Of a DNA stretch of 64,000 bases, positions 30,909-38,650 are shown piece by piece. Position numbers and translations under genes: made by a program. The notes beneath the pieces are model-generated. The model searched no databases. It was not told where the DNA came from and worked only from the letters and a program-made list of their open reading frames with translations. The stretch's first letter is position 1, and every line of letters begins with the position of its first letter. The DNA comes from Polyangiaceae bacterium (GTDB taxonomy: Bacteria > Myxococcota_A > Polyangia > Polyangiales > Polyangiaceae), in assembly GCA_044376115.1 (NCBI GenBank), contig JBILLK010000009.1, positions 128,001-192,000 on the forward strand. The letters run 5' to 3'.

Positions 30909-32138
30909 GTGAAGCGCATTGTCATTCTCGGAGGCGGTACCGGTGGCACCATGATGGCCAACCGGCTGGCGCGGGCCTTGGCTAACGACCAGTGGAGGGT
31001 CACCGTAGTCGATCGCGATAACGTGCATATATATCAGCCCGGTCTTCTAATGCTGCCCTTCGGTCAATATCGTCGAGACGAGCTAATCAAACAAAGGCGT
31101 GCCTTGCTCGACCCCGGAGTGGAGTTGCGGCTCCACGAGATCGACCGTGTCGCCCCCGATGAGAACAAGGTTTTTCTCGAAGGCGGAGAGGTGCTTTCGT
31201 ACGATCTCCTGGTCGTAGCGACGGGGGCACGGATTCGCCCTGAGCTGACGCCAGGCCTAACCGGTGAGGGTTGGCAGAAGACCGCCTTCGACTTCTACTC
31301 GCTAGAAGGAGCGATCGCCCTGCAGGATACGCTGAGCCGCTGGAAGGGGGGGCGCCTCGTAGTGAATATTGTAGATATGCCGATAAAATGTCCGGTAGCT
31401 CCTCTCGAGTTCGCCTTCCTGGCGGACGCCTTCTTCACGCAGCGTGGGCTGCGCGGTCAGGTTGAGATGGTCTATGTGACGCCACTCGAGGGCGCCTTTA
31501 CCAAGCCACGCGCATCGGCGGCGTTCGGCAATATCATGAGCCAACGACACATCGAGGTCGTAGGTGACTTCGCTCTGGCTGAGGTGGACGGCGGCAGGCG
31601 TACTCTCAAGAGCTACGATGGGCGTGAAGTCGACTACGATCTGCTCGTGACGGTGCCGCTCCATGCTGGAGCAGCTGCGATTCAAGCGAGTGGGATGGGT
31701 GATGAGGCTGGTTGGTTACCCACGCACAAACACACGCTTCAGTCTCTCCACTTTCCGAATGTATTTGCGCTGGGTGATGCGACCAACTTGCCGGCTTCCA
31801 AGGCAGGAGCCGTAGCTCACTTTCAGTCCGAGGTTCTGTTTAGCAATGTCCTCAGATTCATAGATGGGCAAAGCCTGCTGCCAGAGTTTGATGGTCATGC
31901 GAACTGCTTCATTGAGACTGGCTACGGAAAGGCCATGCTCATCGACTTTAACTATGAGACTGAGCCTCTCCCTGGTCGTTTCCCTCTGCCAGGTATAGGG
32001 CCCTTCACCTTGCTCGAAGAGAGCGAAGTGAACCATTGGGGGAAGCTGGCTTTCAAGTGGATCTATTGGAATCTTTTACTTGAAGGCAAGGAACTGCCAC
32101 TCGACCACCGCATGCTGATGGCAGGGAAGTGGGCATGA
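30909..32138 (+). CDS. sqr: Sulfide:quinone oxidoreductase-like flavoprotein (type III-like)
   Basis: ILGGGTGG, HIYQPG, IKCPVAPLE, ALGDA..LP.SKAG..AH, FDGHANCF. GTG start at 30909. Confidence 0.85.
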   Translation: MKRIVILGGGTGGTMMANRLARALANDQWRVTVVDRDNVHIYQPGLLMLPFGQYRRDELIKQRRALLDPGVELRLHEIDRVAPDENKVFLEGGEVLSYDLLVVATGARIRPELTPGLTGEGWQKTAFDFYSLEGAIALQDTLSRWKGGRLVVNIVDMPIKCPVAPLEFAFLADAFFTQRGLRGQVEMVYVTPLEGAFTKPRASAAFGNIMSQRHIEVVGDFALAEVDGGRRTLKSYDGREVDYDLLVTVPLHAGAAAIQASGMGDEAGWLPTHKHTLQSLHFPNVFALGDATNLPASKAGAVAHFQSEVLFSNVLRFIDGQSLLPEFDGHANCFIETGYGKAMLIDFNYETEPLPGRFPLPGIGPFTLLEESEVNHWGKLAFKWIYWNLLLEGKELPLDHRMLMAGKWA

Positions 32139-33109
32139 ATATGGACGCATTGCCGAACACCGATGTGCTGGGCAAGATTCAGCATCAGCTCGAATCGTTG
32201 AACTCTCAGATGACGTCAATGGCTCTACAGCAACAGAAGAGTGATGAGCTCTTTGCGGAGTTCACACCAATCTTGCGGGAGGTGATGCGGTCAGCGACGA
32301 ACAAACTCGCTGGGCTCGAGGCGCAAGGCTACTTCGCATTCGGAGCCGAGTCTCTCAAGTTGATTGAGCGCATAGTGAAGGGTTTTTCTCCCGATGATGT
32401 GAAGCAGCTCGGGGATGCGTTGGTCTCCATCCTCGAGACGGTACGAGCTCTAACTCAGCCTGAGGTTCTGCAAGTCGCGACTGAGGCTTCTTCCGTGTTG
32501 CAGAACGCCGGCGAGGCGGAGCCGCTGGGTATCTTTGGCATGGTGCGGGCCACGCGCGACGATGACGTGCAAAAAGGCATGGCGGTTCTGATGGAGCTGA
32601 TGCGGCATGTCGGCCGTGCAGCTGCGATCATGGCAGCTCAGAAGCAGCGTTCCCCCCTTGCGGATAAACGCTCAAAATTGGAAGCCATCACAGGCGCCAA
32701 GAAAAAAAAGAAGAAGAGAACGGGCGTTGAGCCGGCGGTAGCGCACGTCGAATTGGACGCCGCCGCGAGGTCTCGGCGTGGCCCTCCGGTTGCGCTCAAA
32801 GTAGATGTGGCAGAGCTGGACGGAATTCAGTTCTCCTCGGATGGGCACCTTGCAGACCCCGCAAGCTGGAGCAGGCCGTTGGCGGAGAAGCTCGCTGCAG
32901 CTGAAGGCCTGGAGCTGGGAGAGGCCCACTGGCAGGTGCTGCTCGCCGCGCGTGACGAGTACACGAAGACCCAGGCGTCACCCAATATTCGCAGGCTTAC
33001 TCAAATCCTCGGTATGTCGACGAAGCAGCTCTATGAGCTATTCCCACGGGCACCCGGGCGCACCGTCGCGAAGCTCGCCGGAACGCCGAAGCCCGGCGGA
33101 TGTATTTAG
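32135..33109 (+). CDS. DUF1641 domain fused to a TusE/DsrC-family sulfur relay domain
   Basis: N-terminal helical region with GIFGMVRATRDDDVQKGM (DUF1641-like). C-terminal DGHLADP..W...HWQV...LYELFP..P....KLAG.PKPGGCI. ATGA overlap with sqr. Confidence 0.85.
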   Translation: MNMDALPNTDVLGKIQHQLESLNSQMTSMALQQQKSDELFAEFTPILREVMRSATNKLAGLEAQGYFAFGAESLKLIERIVKGFSPDDVKQLGDALVSILETVRALTQPEVLQVATEASSVLQNAGEAEPLGIFGMVRATRDDDVQKGMAVLMELMRHVGRAAAIMAAQKQRSPLADKRSKLEAITGAKKKKKKRTGVEPAVAHVELDAAARSRRGPPVALKVDVAELDGIQFSSDGHLADPASWSRPLAEKLAAAEGLELGEAHWQVLLAARDEYTKTQASPNIRRLTQILGMSTKQLYELFPRAPGRTVAKLAGTPKPGGCI

Positions 33110-33132
33110 TATGTAAGGACGAGGAACGTAAA

Positions 33133-33606
33133 ATGAGTATAGTGTCTAAAAAACGTAAGGTCGCCATCATCGCCTCCCACGGAGGGCTCGATGAGGCCTA
33201 CCCCGCCCTCATACTAGCCAATGCCGCCCGCCAGTCCGGTATTGAGGCCTTTGTGTTCTTTACCTTTTGGGGGCTGGACATCATCACCGAGAGCAAGGTG
33301 GATCACCTACATGTGAATCTCGCTGGAAATGCGAGTTCGGGTATGCCGACTATGCTTGCAGGCCTACCTGGTATGGAGAGCCTCGCCGCCAAAATGATGA
33401 AGAAGCAAATGGAGGAGCTTGAGCTGCCTTCCGTGCGAGAGATGCTGGAGATCCTCGATGAGTCAGGCGCTTCGCTCTACGCCTGTGAACTCGCAATGAA
33501 GATGTTCAAGCGCCGCGCCGAAGACTTAGTGCCACAATGCAAAGAAGTAATCACTGCAGGAGACTTCTACGACCTGAGTGAGGGCGCGCAGATCATCTTC
33601 ACGTAA
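33133..33606 (+). CDS. DsrE/DsrF/DrsH-like (DsrE2-type) sulfurtransferase
   Basis: AYPALILANAA, VFFTFWGL, conserved YACE. SD GAGGA. Confidence 0.88.
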   Translation: MSIVSKKRKVAIIASHGGLDEAYPALILANAARQSGIEAFVFFTFWGLDIITESKVDHLHVNLAGNASSGMPTMLAGLPGMESLAAKMMKKQMEELELPSVREMLEILDESGASLYACELAMKMFKRRAEDLVPQCKEVITAGDFYDLSEGAQIIFT

Positions 33607-33610
33607 TGGC

Positions 33611-35494
33611 TCACTCCACCACGCCAGCGAGTTTGGCTCCTGTCAGGTTTGCGTTGGCCCGGTTCGCTTTTGTTAAGCGAGCCCCGGTAAGGTCCGCACC
33701 CTGAAGGTCCGCGTTCTGCAAACTAGCGCCGCTCAGGTTGGAGTTTAGAAGTTTGGCGCCGCCAGCGGCGACATGGTTCAGCACCGCCCCGTCGAGCTGT
33801 GCTCTTGAGAAGTCGGCTCGTTCTAGGTTAGCGCTCGTGAGGTCGGCGCCGGTCATGGCTGCAGAGCTGAACCTAGACTGTGTAAGCTTGGCGCGTGCGA
33901 GTCGCGCATTGACGAAGTTGGCGCCGTCGGCTGCGCAGTTCGTGAACTCTGTGTCCGCCAGGCTTGCGCCAGCGAAGTTTGCTTCATCGAGCGAAGACTT
34001 GCTGAAGGTGGCGAAGTCGAGCCAGGCCTCTTGAAAGTCCGCGCCGACGAGCAACGCCCGCGTAAAGTTGGCTCGGTTAGCTTTGATTCTGCGAAGCTTT
34101 GCGCCTGCGAGAGCAACGCCTGTTGCATCACAATCCGTCAAGTCTGCATCGTCCAGTACGGCTCCTTCGAGTCGCGCCCCTGCGAGCTTCGATCGGGCTA
34201 ACCGTGCTCGCTCGAAGCTGGCTTTGGCGCCAAACGCTTTCGTCAGATTTGCGTCCTCGAGGTCGGCGCCATCAAGCCGTGCGCCGGTGAGTTCGGCACC
34301 CGTGAGCAAGGTCGCCCAAAGGTTACTGCCAATCAGCTTAGCGCCGCTCAGGTTAGCGCCGTCGAGCCTTGACCGCGCAAACGACAGCCCCGATAGATCC
34401 AGCCCCTGAAGATCAACGCCGGTTAGGTCCAGGTCTTCCAATGAGGCGCGCGCCGCCGCAAGTTCAATGACCGCCCGCGTAGGATTTTCGAGTCGACGAA
34501 GCTCGCGCGGTTCAGTGGGCGGCACGCGTGGCTGAACTTTTGCTGGGGCTTCGGCAACCACGCTATGCGACTCGTGGGGGATAGCCACTGCCAAGGTCTC
34601 GGGGGCTTGGGTCTCGGGCGCGGGCTCCTCAAAGTTACCGCCGAGAATCGTTTCCACCGCAAGTAACTTTGCCGTGGGTTGGAGCTGGGTGACGGCGCGC
34701 CAAATCACCTGAGCCTCGAGTCGCTCGGCGTCGATGAACAGCGTGTCGAGCAGGAACATGAGCGGCGGCAGCGCTACGCCATCTACGCTGATGTTTGCGT
34801 TGACGCTGAGCGCAGGTAGCCAAGTCCTAAACTCTGGCACGTTCGCAACAAGATTGACGAGGACGATGCCCTCACTGCCTCGTAGCGGCTGGCACTGTTG
34901 ATCCGCAGGTGCAGGGTTGAAGAATCGCGGGTCAATGCGGTCGGGCAGCTCAAGGATGTTGTCACGGATGCCGATCGGGGCAGGTAAGAGCTTGACTCGC
35001 GGACCCCAGCTCGGTGCGATTGGCCCAAGCCCAACAGCAAGGGTTGGGTTGCGTGGGTTGAGCAGCAACGGATCCTCGGTGCCGACGGGATTATCGGAGG
35101 TCCTAAGGGCCTGTTCCCAGCCGAGTGGGATCTTCCCGTTGCGCTCGGCCGCAAGGACTTTGTCGACCACCGGGGTGTCTGTTCCAACCAGGACTCTTCC
35201 AAGCGCTGGTTGCTGGGCGGAGGCGTCCTGTGCATAGAGAAATCCGGAAACCAAAACAGCTCCGCCGCCGCTAAATGGAGCTGTTTCATCCGCGCGATCC
35301 AGTGCTCCGCTGGGCCTGAGCGCATCATGCCAATTGATCGCTTGCGGGGGCCGGCGAGTGGCAAGGCGACCATGTTGTAGCGTGAGCGAGGCTTTGAGCA
35401 CCACCGTCCCGTAGAAGGCCCCTCGGTACCTCGACCACGTTACGAGATGTGAAAGGTAAGCATCACACTGCGTTCGAACTTGGGGCGGACTCAC
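33611..35494 (-). CDS. DUF2169 domain plus pentapeptide-repeat protein
   Basis: GLGPIAPSWGPR, FFNPAPADQQ and LDTLFID......VIWR (DUF2169-like), followed by about 270 aa of A(D/N)LxxA pentapeptide repeats. Confidence 0.85.
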   Translation of the reverse strand: MSPPQVRTQCDAYLSHLVTWSRYRGAFYGTVVLKASLTLQHGRLATRRPPQAINWHDALRPSGALDRADETAPFSGGGAVLVSGFLYAQDASAQQPALGRVLVGTDTPVVDKVLAAERNGKIPLGWEQALRTSDNPVGTEDPLLLNPRNPTLAVGLGPIAPSWGPRVKLLPAPIGIRDNILELPDRIDPRFFNPAPADQQCQPLRGSEGIVLVNLVANVPEFRTWLPALSVNANISVDGVALPPLMFLLDTLFIDAERLEAQVIWRAVTQLQPTAKLLAVETILGGNFEEPAPETQAPETLAVAIPHESHSVVAEAPAKVQPRVPPTEPRELRRLENPTRAVIELAAARASLEDLDLTGVDLQGLDLSGLSFARSRLDGANLSGAKLIGSNLWATLLTGAELTGARLDGADLEDANLTKAFGAKASFERARLARSKLAGARLEGAVLDDADLTDCDATGVALAGAKLRRIKANRANFTRALLVGADFQEAWLDFATFSKSSLDEANFAGASLADTEFTNCAADGANFVNARLARAKLTQSRFSSAAMTGADLTSANLERADFSRAQLDGAVLNHVAAGGAKLLNSNLSGASLQNADLQGADLTGARLTKANRANANLTGAKLAGVVE

Positions 35495-35578
35495 CGCTCT
35501 CTCATAGCACTAGCCGCGTAACCCTGAAATGCGCATTAGCGTGCGAGAGCTGCTGCTGACGAGGACGCGGAGCTAGCG

Positions 35579-36136
35579 TCAACGAGCCTGCTCAAATATC
35601 ACTTTCCCGTCTTTCTCGATTGTCCAGAGCTTGCCGGCTCGTACGCTGAAGGGACTGCCCTCCAGCGTGTAGAGCGTGGGAGTAGAGCGCTTTAGCCGTA
35701 GCGGAGCGGGCTCCGAAAGCACCACCAGCTCCACCGTGGCGTTGTTCGCGGGGCTGCGGTCTTCACCCGCAAATACGATGAAGGCGGAGATTACAGCAGT
35801 GCTACCCGACGGAAGTGGCACCGGATCCAAGCGCAGCCCCTGCTCGAAGAGTCGCAAGCAACGGTTTCGAATTGGGGACCAGGTCATTCCGGCTGAGGCT
35901 AGGCAGCCGGTTCCGTCGTCTTCCGCGCCAAAGCCCGTCTCATCAGCGGCTGGGGGCGGCGTATTGGCGCTAGCGCTGGGTAGGGCGCTTGTTGCGTTAG
36001 CGGTTGGCGAAGCCGTTGCCGCGAGCATGGGTGCAGCGCTCGGGCTCGTTGGGCTGGTGCTAACGGGTGGTGTAGCGGAGTTACAAGCGCCCAAGCTGAT
36101 TGAGCCCAATAGACCGAGGAGGTAAGAGACGCGCAT
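35579..36136 (-). CDS. Hypothetical lipoprotein
   Basis: Lipobox LGAC, Ser/Thr/Pro linker, GCLASAGMTWS....CLRLFE motif. Confidence 0.75.
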   Translation of the reverse strand: MRVSYLLGLLGSISLGACNSATPPVSTSPTSPSAAPMLAATASPTANATSALPSASANTPPPAADETGFGAEDDGTGCLASAGMTWSPIRNRCLRLFEQGLRLDPVPLPSGSTAVISAFIVFAGEDRSPANNATVELVVLSEPAPLRLKRSTPTLYTLEGSPFSVRAGKLWTIEKDGKVIFEQAR

Positions 36137-36348
36137 AGCCGCTTCTACCAAGAAATGACCTGCGACGGGCGGTCATTCCAAGCTCGTAGTCGTACCCTTT
36201 TTCAGGTTGCGCCGGGGGCTTTGGCGGCTGCCGCAGGGCGTCGCGTGCGCTAGTGACTAATAGGTAATCGCTAGTCGCTAATCCCTGGCTGTTTGCGTCG
36301 CCTTCAGGAGGCTTGGCTGTGATCGATTGGGCTCTCCGTGGTCGGTCG

Positions 36349-36912
36349 TCAGTTCGACCCAGCGCCGCTGCCACCAGCGCCGCCTGCTCCGCCGCTGCCA
36401 CCAACACCGCCTGCTCCGCCGCTGCCACCAGCACCGCCCCCGCCTCCCGCGCCACCAGCACCGCCCCCGCCTCCCGCGCCACCAGCAGCGCCCCCGCCTC
36501 CCGCGCCACCAGCAGCGCCGCCGCCTCCCGCTGTGCCGCCGCCTCCCGCTGTGCCGCCGCCTCCCGCTGTGCCGCCGCCAGCGCCTAGTTCACAATCATC
36601 AAGGCAGCTGCAGACCTTCTTTCCAGGAATTGGTGCGGCAATACCAACAACGGAGTCCTCACGTTGAATGCATACGGAATCGTCAGGGCACTTGTTGTCC
36701 TCGGTGCAGAGCGTCACAGCAATGCATGACTTTCCGAAGCCATCCTCTTCACAGACGGCATCCGCGCCGCAGTCGAAGTCCTGCTTGCAATCGTCGAAGT
36801 CAACGTCACAACCCGAGTAGCTGAAACAGGACGGAGCGATCAACGCGATAAGCGCAAGAACAGCGGCGGGAGAAGCTTTTTTGGAGAACTTGGAGCGATT
36901 CGTCGAAGTCAT
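36349..36912 (-). CDS. Cys-rich, Gly-rich exported protein
   Basis: Signal/lipobox, CxxDxxC repeats, C-terminal GGAGG tract encoded by tandem repeats. Confidence 0.75.
   Translation of the reverse strand: MTSTNRSKFSKKASPAAVLALIALIAPSCFSYSGCDVDFDDCKQDFDCGADAVCEEDGFGKSCIAVTLCTEDNKCPDDSVCIQREDSVVGIAAPIPGKKVCSCLDDCELGAGGGTAGGGGTAGGGGTAGGGGAAGGAGGGGAAGGAGGGGGAGGAGGGGGAGGSGGAGGVGGSGGAGGAGGSGAGSN
36361..36580. repeat. Coding tandem repeats: 27-nt unit in four copies (36424-36531), 18-nt unit in about 2.7 copies, plus degenerate 27-mers
   Basis: GCCACCAGCACCGCCCCCGCCTCCCGC and TGTGCCGCCGCCTCCCGC read directly. Confidence 0.9.
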
Positions 36913-36923
36913 GAAACCCCTTG

Positions 36924-36940
36924 AGCAAGCGCTATGCCCA
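36924..36940 (-). promoter_or_regulatory. Putative sigma54 (-24/-12) promoter
   Basis: Minus strand TGGGCATAGCGCTTGCT is GG-N10-GC with TTGC, ending about 12 nt before ATG 36912. Confidence 0.4.
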
Positions 36941-37216
36941 AGGTCCGCGCGCGCCGTTTCGCACGACAAAGAGCGCCGAACGTTGGCTAGTTAAGCGCAG
37001 TCCGCGCGGGGCCCCCCGTGTTTCCTGCCTCTCGCCATGACGGCGACGTCTCGCTTGGCTCCCGCGCTTGGACGATGGCAGCGTCGGAAGGCTTCAAGCG
37101 TTTGGATGTGTTGCCTAAATTCGCGCCGAATTTGGGAGTTATCGATGCTCTCGAGGTGCCATCACGAACCGTGTTCGCCCCCCCTGACAATCGCGTCTCA
37201 CCAGATTCAAGCGATG

Positions 37217-37263
37217 GGCTTTGCCCAGGTGCGGCCGTAACCGGGCCGCACCGGGCCAAAGCC
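37217..37263 (-). terminator. Long GC-rich hairpin just after the extended rhodanese stop (terminator or stabiliser)
   Basis: GGCTTTGCCCAGGTGCGGCC-N7-GGCCGCACCGGGCCAAAGCC, about 19-bp stem with bulges. No clear U-tract. Confidence 0.55.
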
Positions 37264-37268
37264 ACGGT

Positions 37269-37697
37269 TCACGTCTCCAGTTTCTTCCCCGCTTTCTTCC
37301 AACCGGCAATGCCGGCGGGCATCACGTAAACTTTCTTGTAGCCCAGACCTTGTGCCGCGACCGCGGCAGTATGGCAGGCGCTTCAATGGTCGTTAGCGCA
37401 ATAGAATACGAGTGTCGCCTCCTTGTCCGCGGGCAACACCTCCGCTTTGACCTTCTCGATCCACTTGGCGCCAGGTACCCGGCCTGCGTCGAAGACCTCT
37501 TTGGGGTTTACGTCGAATACGAAGAACGAAGCATCATTTTTTGAGATGCGTGTCTCAACCTCATCAACAGTGAGTTCCGGGATTTTGGCGTGCTCGGATT
37601 GGCCGTTCGCGGAGCCGTCGCGTGACGAGCATCCGGATTGAACTGCCGCGCCGAGCGCTAATATCAGCGCAAGAGCAACGGGTTTGTGAGTGAACAT
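37269..37697 (-). CDS. Rhodanese-domain lipoprotein, probable selenoprotein (UGA at 37383-37385), 142 aa
   Basis: The ORF track stops at VFYCANDH*, but the frame continues SACHTAAVAAQGLGYKKVYVMPAGIAGWKKAGKKLET*, completing the rhodanese fold. A SECIS-like hairpin follows the UGA. Confidence 0.85.
37340..37382 (-). promoter_or_regulatory. Bacterial SECIS-like element
   Basis: UGCCGC-GGUC-GCGGCA stem-loop (37353-37368) starting 14 nt after the UGA, with possible lower-stem pairing (CCU/AGG, AGC/GCU). Confidence 0.7.
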
Positions 37698-37795
37698 GAG
37701 GAAGTTGTAACGAACCCGGCGGTGAAAGTCTCGTGCTCGTTCTTTGGCATCAGCGCGCTATAACTGCCCGTCCCCTCCAACGAACGGAACCTGCC

Positions 37796-38647
37796 ATGAG
37801 CGATGCACCCTCCTATACGCCGCCTAAAGTCTGGACCTGGAACAAGGACAACGGCGGTCAGTTTTCGAAGATCAATCGGCCTACAGCGGGAGCAACCCAC
37901 GAGAAGGTCCTGCCCGTAGGGCGTCACCCCTTACAGCTGTATTCGCTCGGGACGCCCAACGGTGTGAAGGTAACGGTCTTGCTGGAGGAGCTGCTCGAAC
38001 TCGGGCACAACGACGCTGAGTACGACGCTTGGCTCATCAACATCGGGGATGGCGATCAGTTTGGCAGCGGCTTCGTCGAGATCAACCCAAACTCGAAGAT
38101 CCCGGCGTTGATGGACCACTCTACTTCCCCGCCAACGCGCGTCTTTGAGTCCGGAGCGATACTGCTTTATTTGGCAGAGAAGTTCGGGGCGTTCCTGCCC
38201 AAGGATGCGCGGAAGCGTACTGAATGTCTCTCTTGGCTCTTCTGGCAGATGGGTAGCGCGCCCTACTTGGGTGGTGGCTTTGGCCACTTCTATGCCTACG
38301 CGCCCATCAAGATCGAATACTGCATCGACCGATTTGCTATGGAGGTAAAGCGCCAGCTTGACGTGCTGGACCGTCAGTTGGCTGATAAACAATTCATCGC
38401 CGGGGATGAATACACCATAGCCGATATGGCGATCTGGCCCTGGTATGGCGCGCTCGCGGCTGGCTTGGTGTACAACGCTGCGGAGTTCCTGGATACCGCT
38501 AGCTATAAGCACGTCAACCGTTGGAACAGCGAGTTAGCGGAGCGCCCAGCCGTCAAGCGCGGCCGACGAGTGAACCGCACCTTCGGTAGTCCTGAAAGCC
38601 AGTTGAAGGAGCGTCACGACAAGAGCGATTTTGACCCTCCCAAGTAA
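37796..38647 (+). CDS. yghU: Glutathione-dependent disulfide oxidoreductase (Nu-class GST)
   Basis: YTPPKVWTW, INRPTAGA, YSLGTPNGVKV, INPNSKIPAL, WQMGSAPYLGGGFGHFY.YAP. Confidence 0.93.
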   Translation: MSDAPSYTPPKVWTWNKDNGGQFSKINRPTAGATHEKVLPVGRHPLQLYSLGTPNGVKVTVLLEELLELGHNDAEYDAWLINIGDGDQFGSGFVEINPNSKIPALMDHSTSPPTRVFESGAILLYLAEKFGAFLPKDARKRTECLSWLFWQMGSAPYLGGGFGHFYAYAPIKIEYCIDRFAMEVKRQLDVLDRQLADKQFIAGDEYTIADMAIWPWYGALAAGLVYNAAEFLDTASYKHVNRWNSELAERPAVKRGRRVNRTFGSPESQLKERHDKSDFDPPK

Positions 38648-38650
38648 GCG

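Noticed and set aside
32790..33109. DsrC as a marker of dissimilatory sulfur metabolism
   Set aside because: Only one C-terminal Cys and no dsrAB or dsrMKJOP in the window, so it is TusE-like.
36338..36667. Poly-Pro plus-strand ORF
   Set aside because: Antisense reading of the Gly-rich repeats; the minus-strand ORF has the signal peptide and Cys pattern.
36987..37265. 92-aa minus-strand ORF after the rhodanese
   Set aside because: It runs through a strong hairpin and palindromes and has no protein-like features.
37383..37697. Rhodanese as a truncated pseudogene
   Set aside because: The downstream frame is intact to the natural end and a SECIS-like hairpin is correctly placed, so recoding is favoured. 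A nonsense mutation is not formally excluded.
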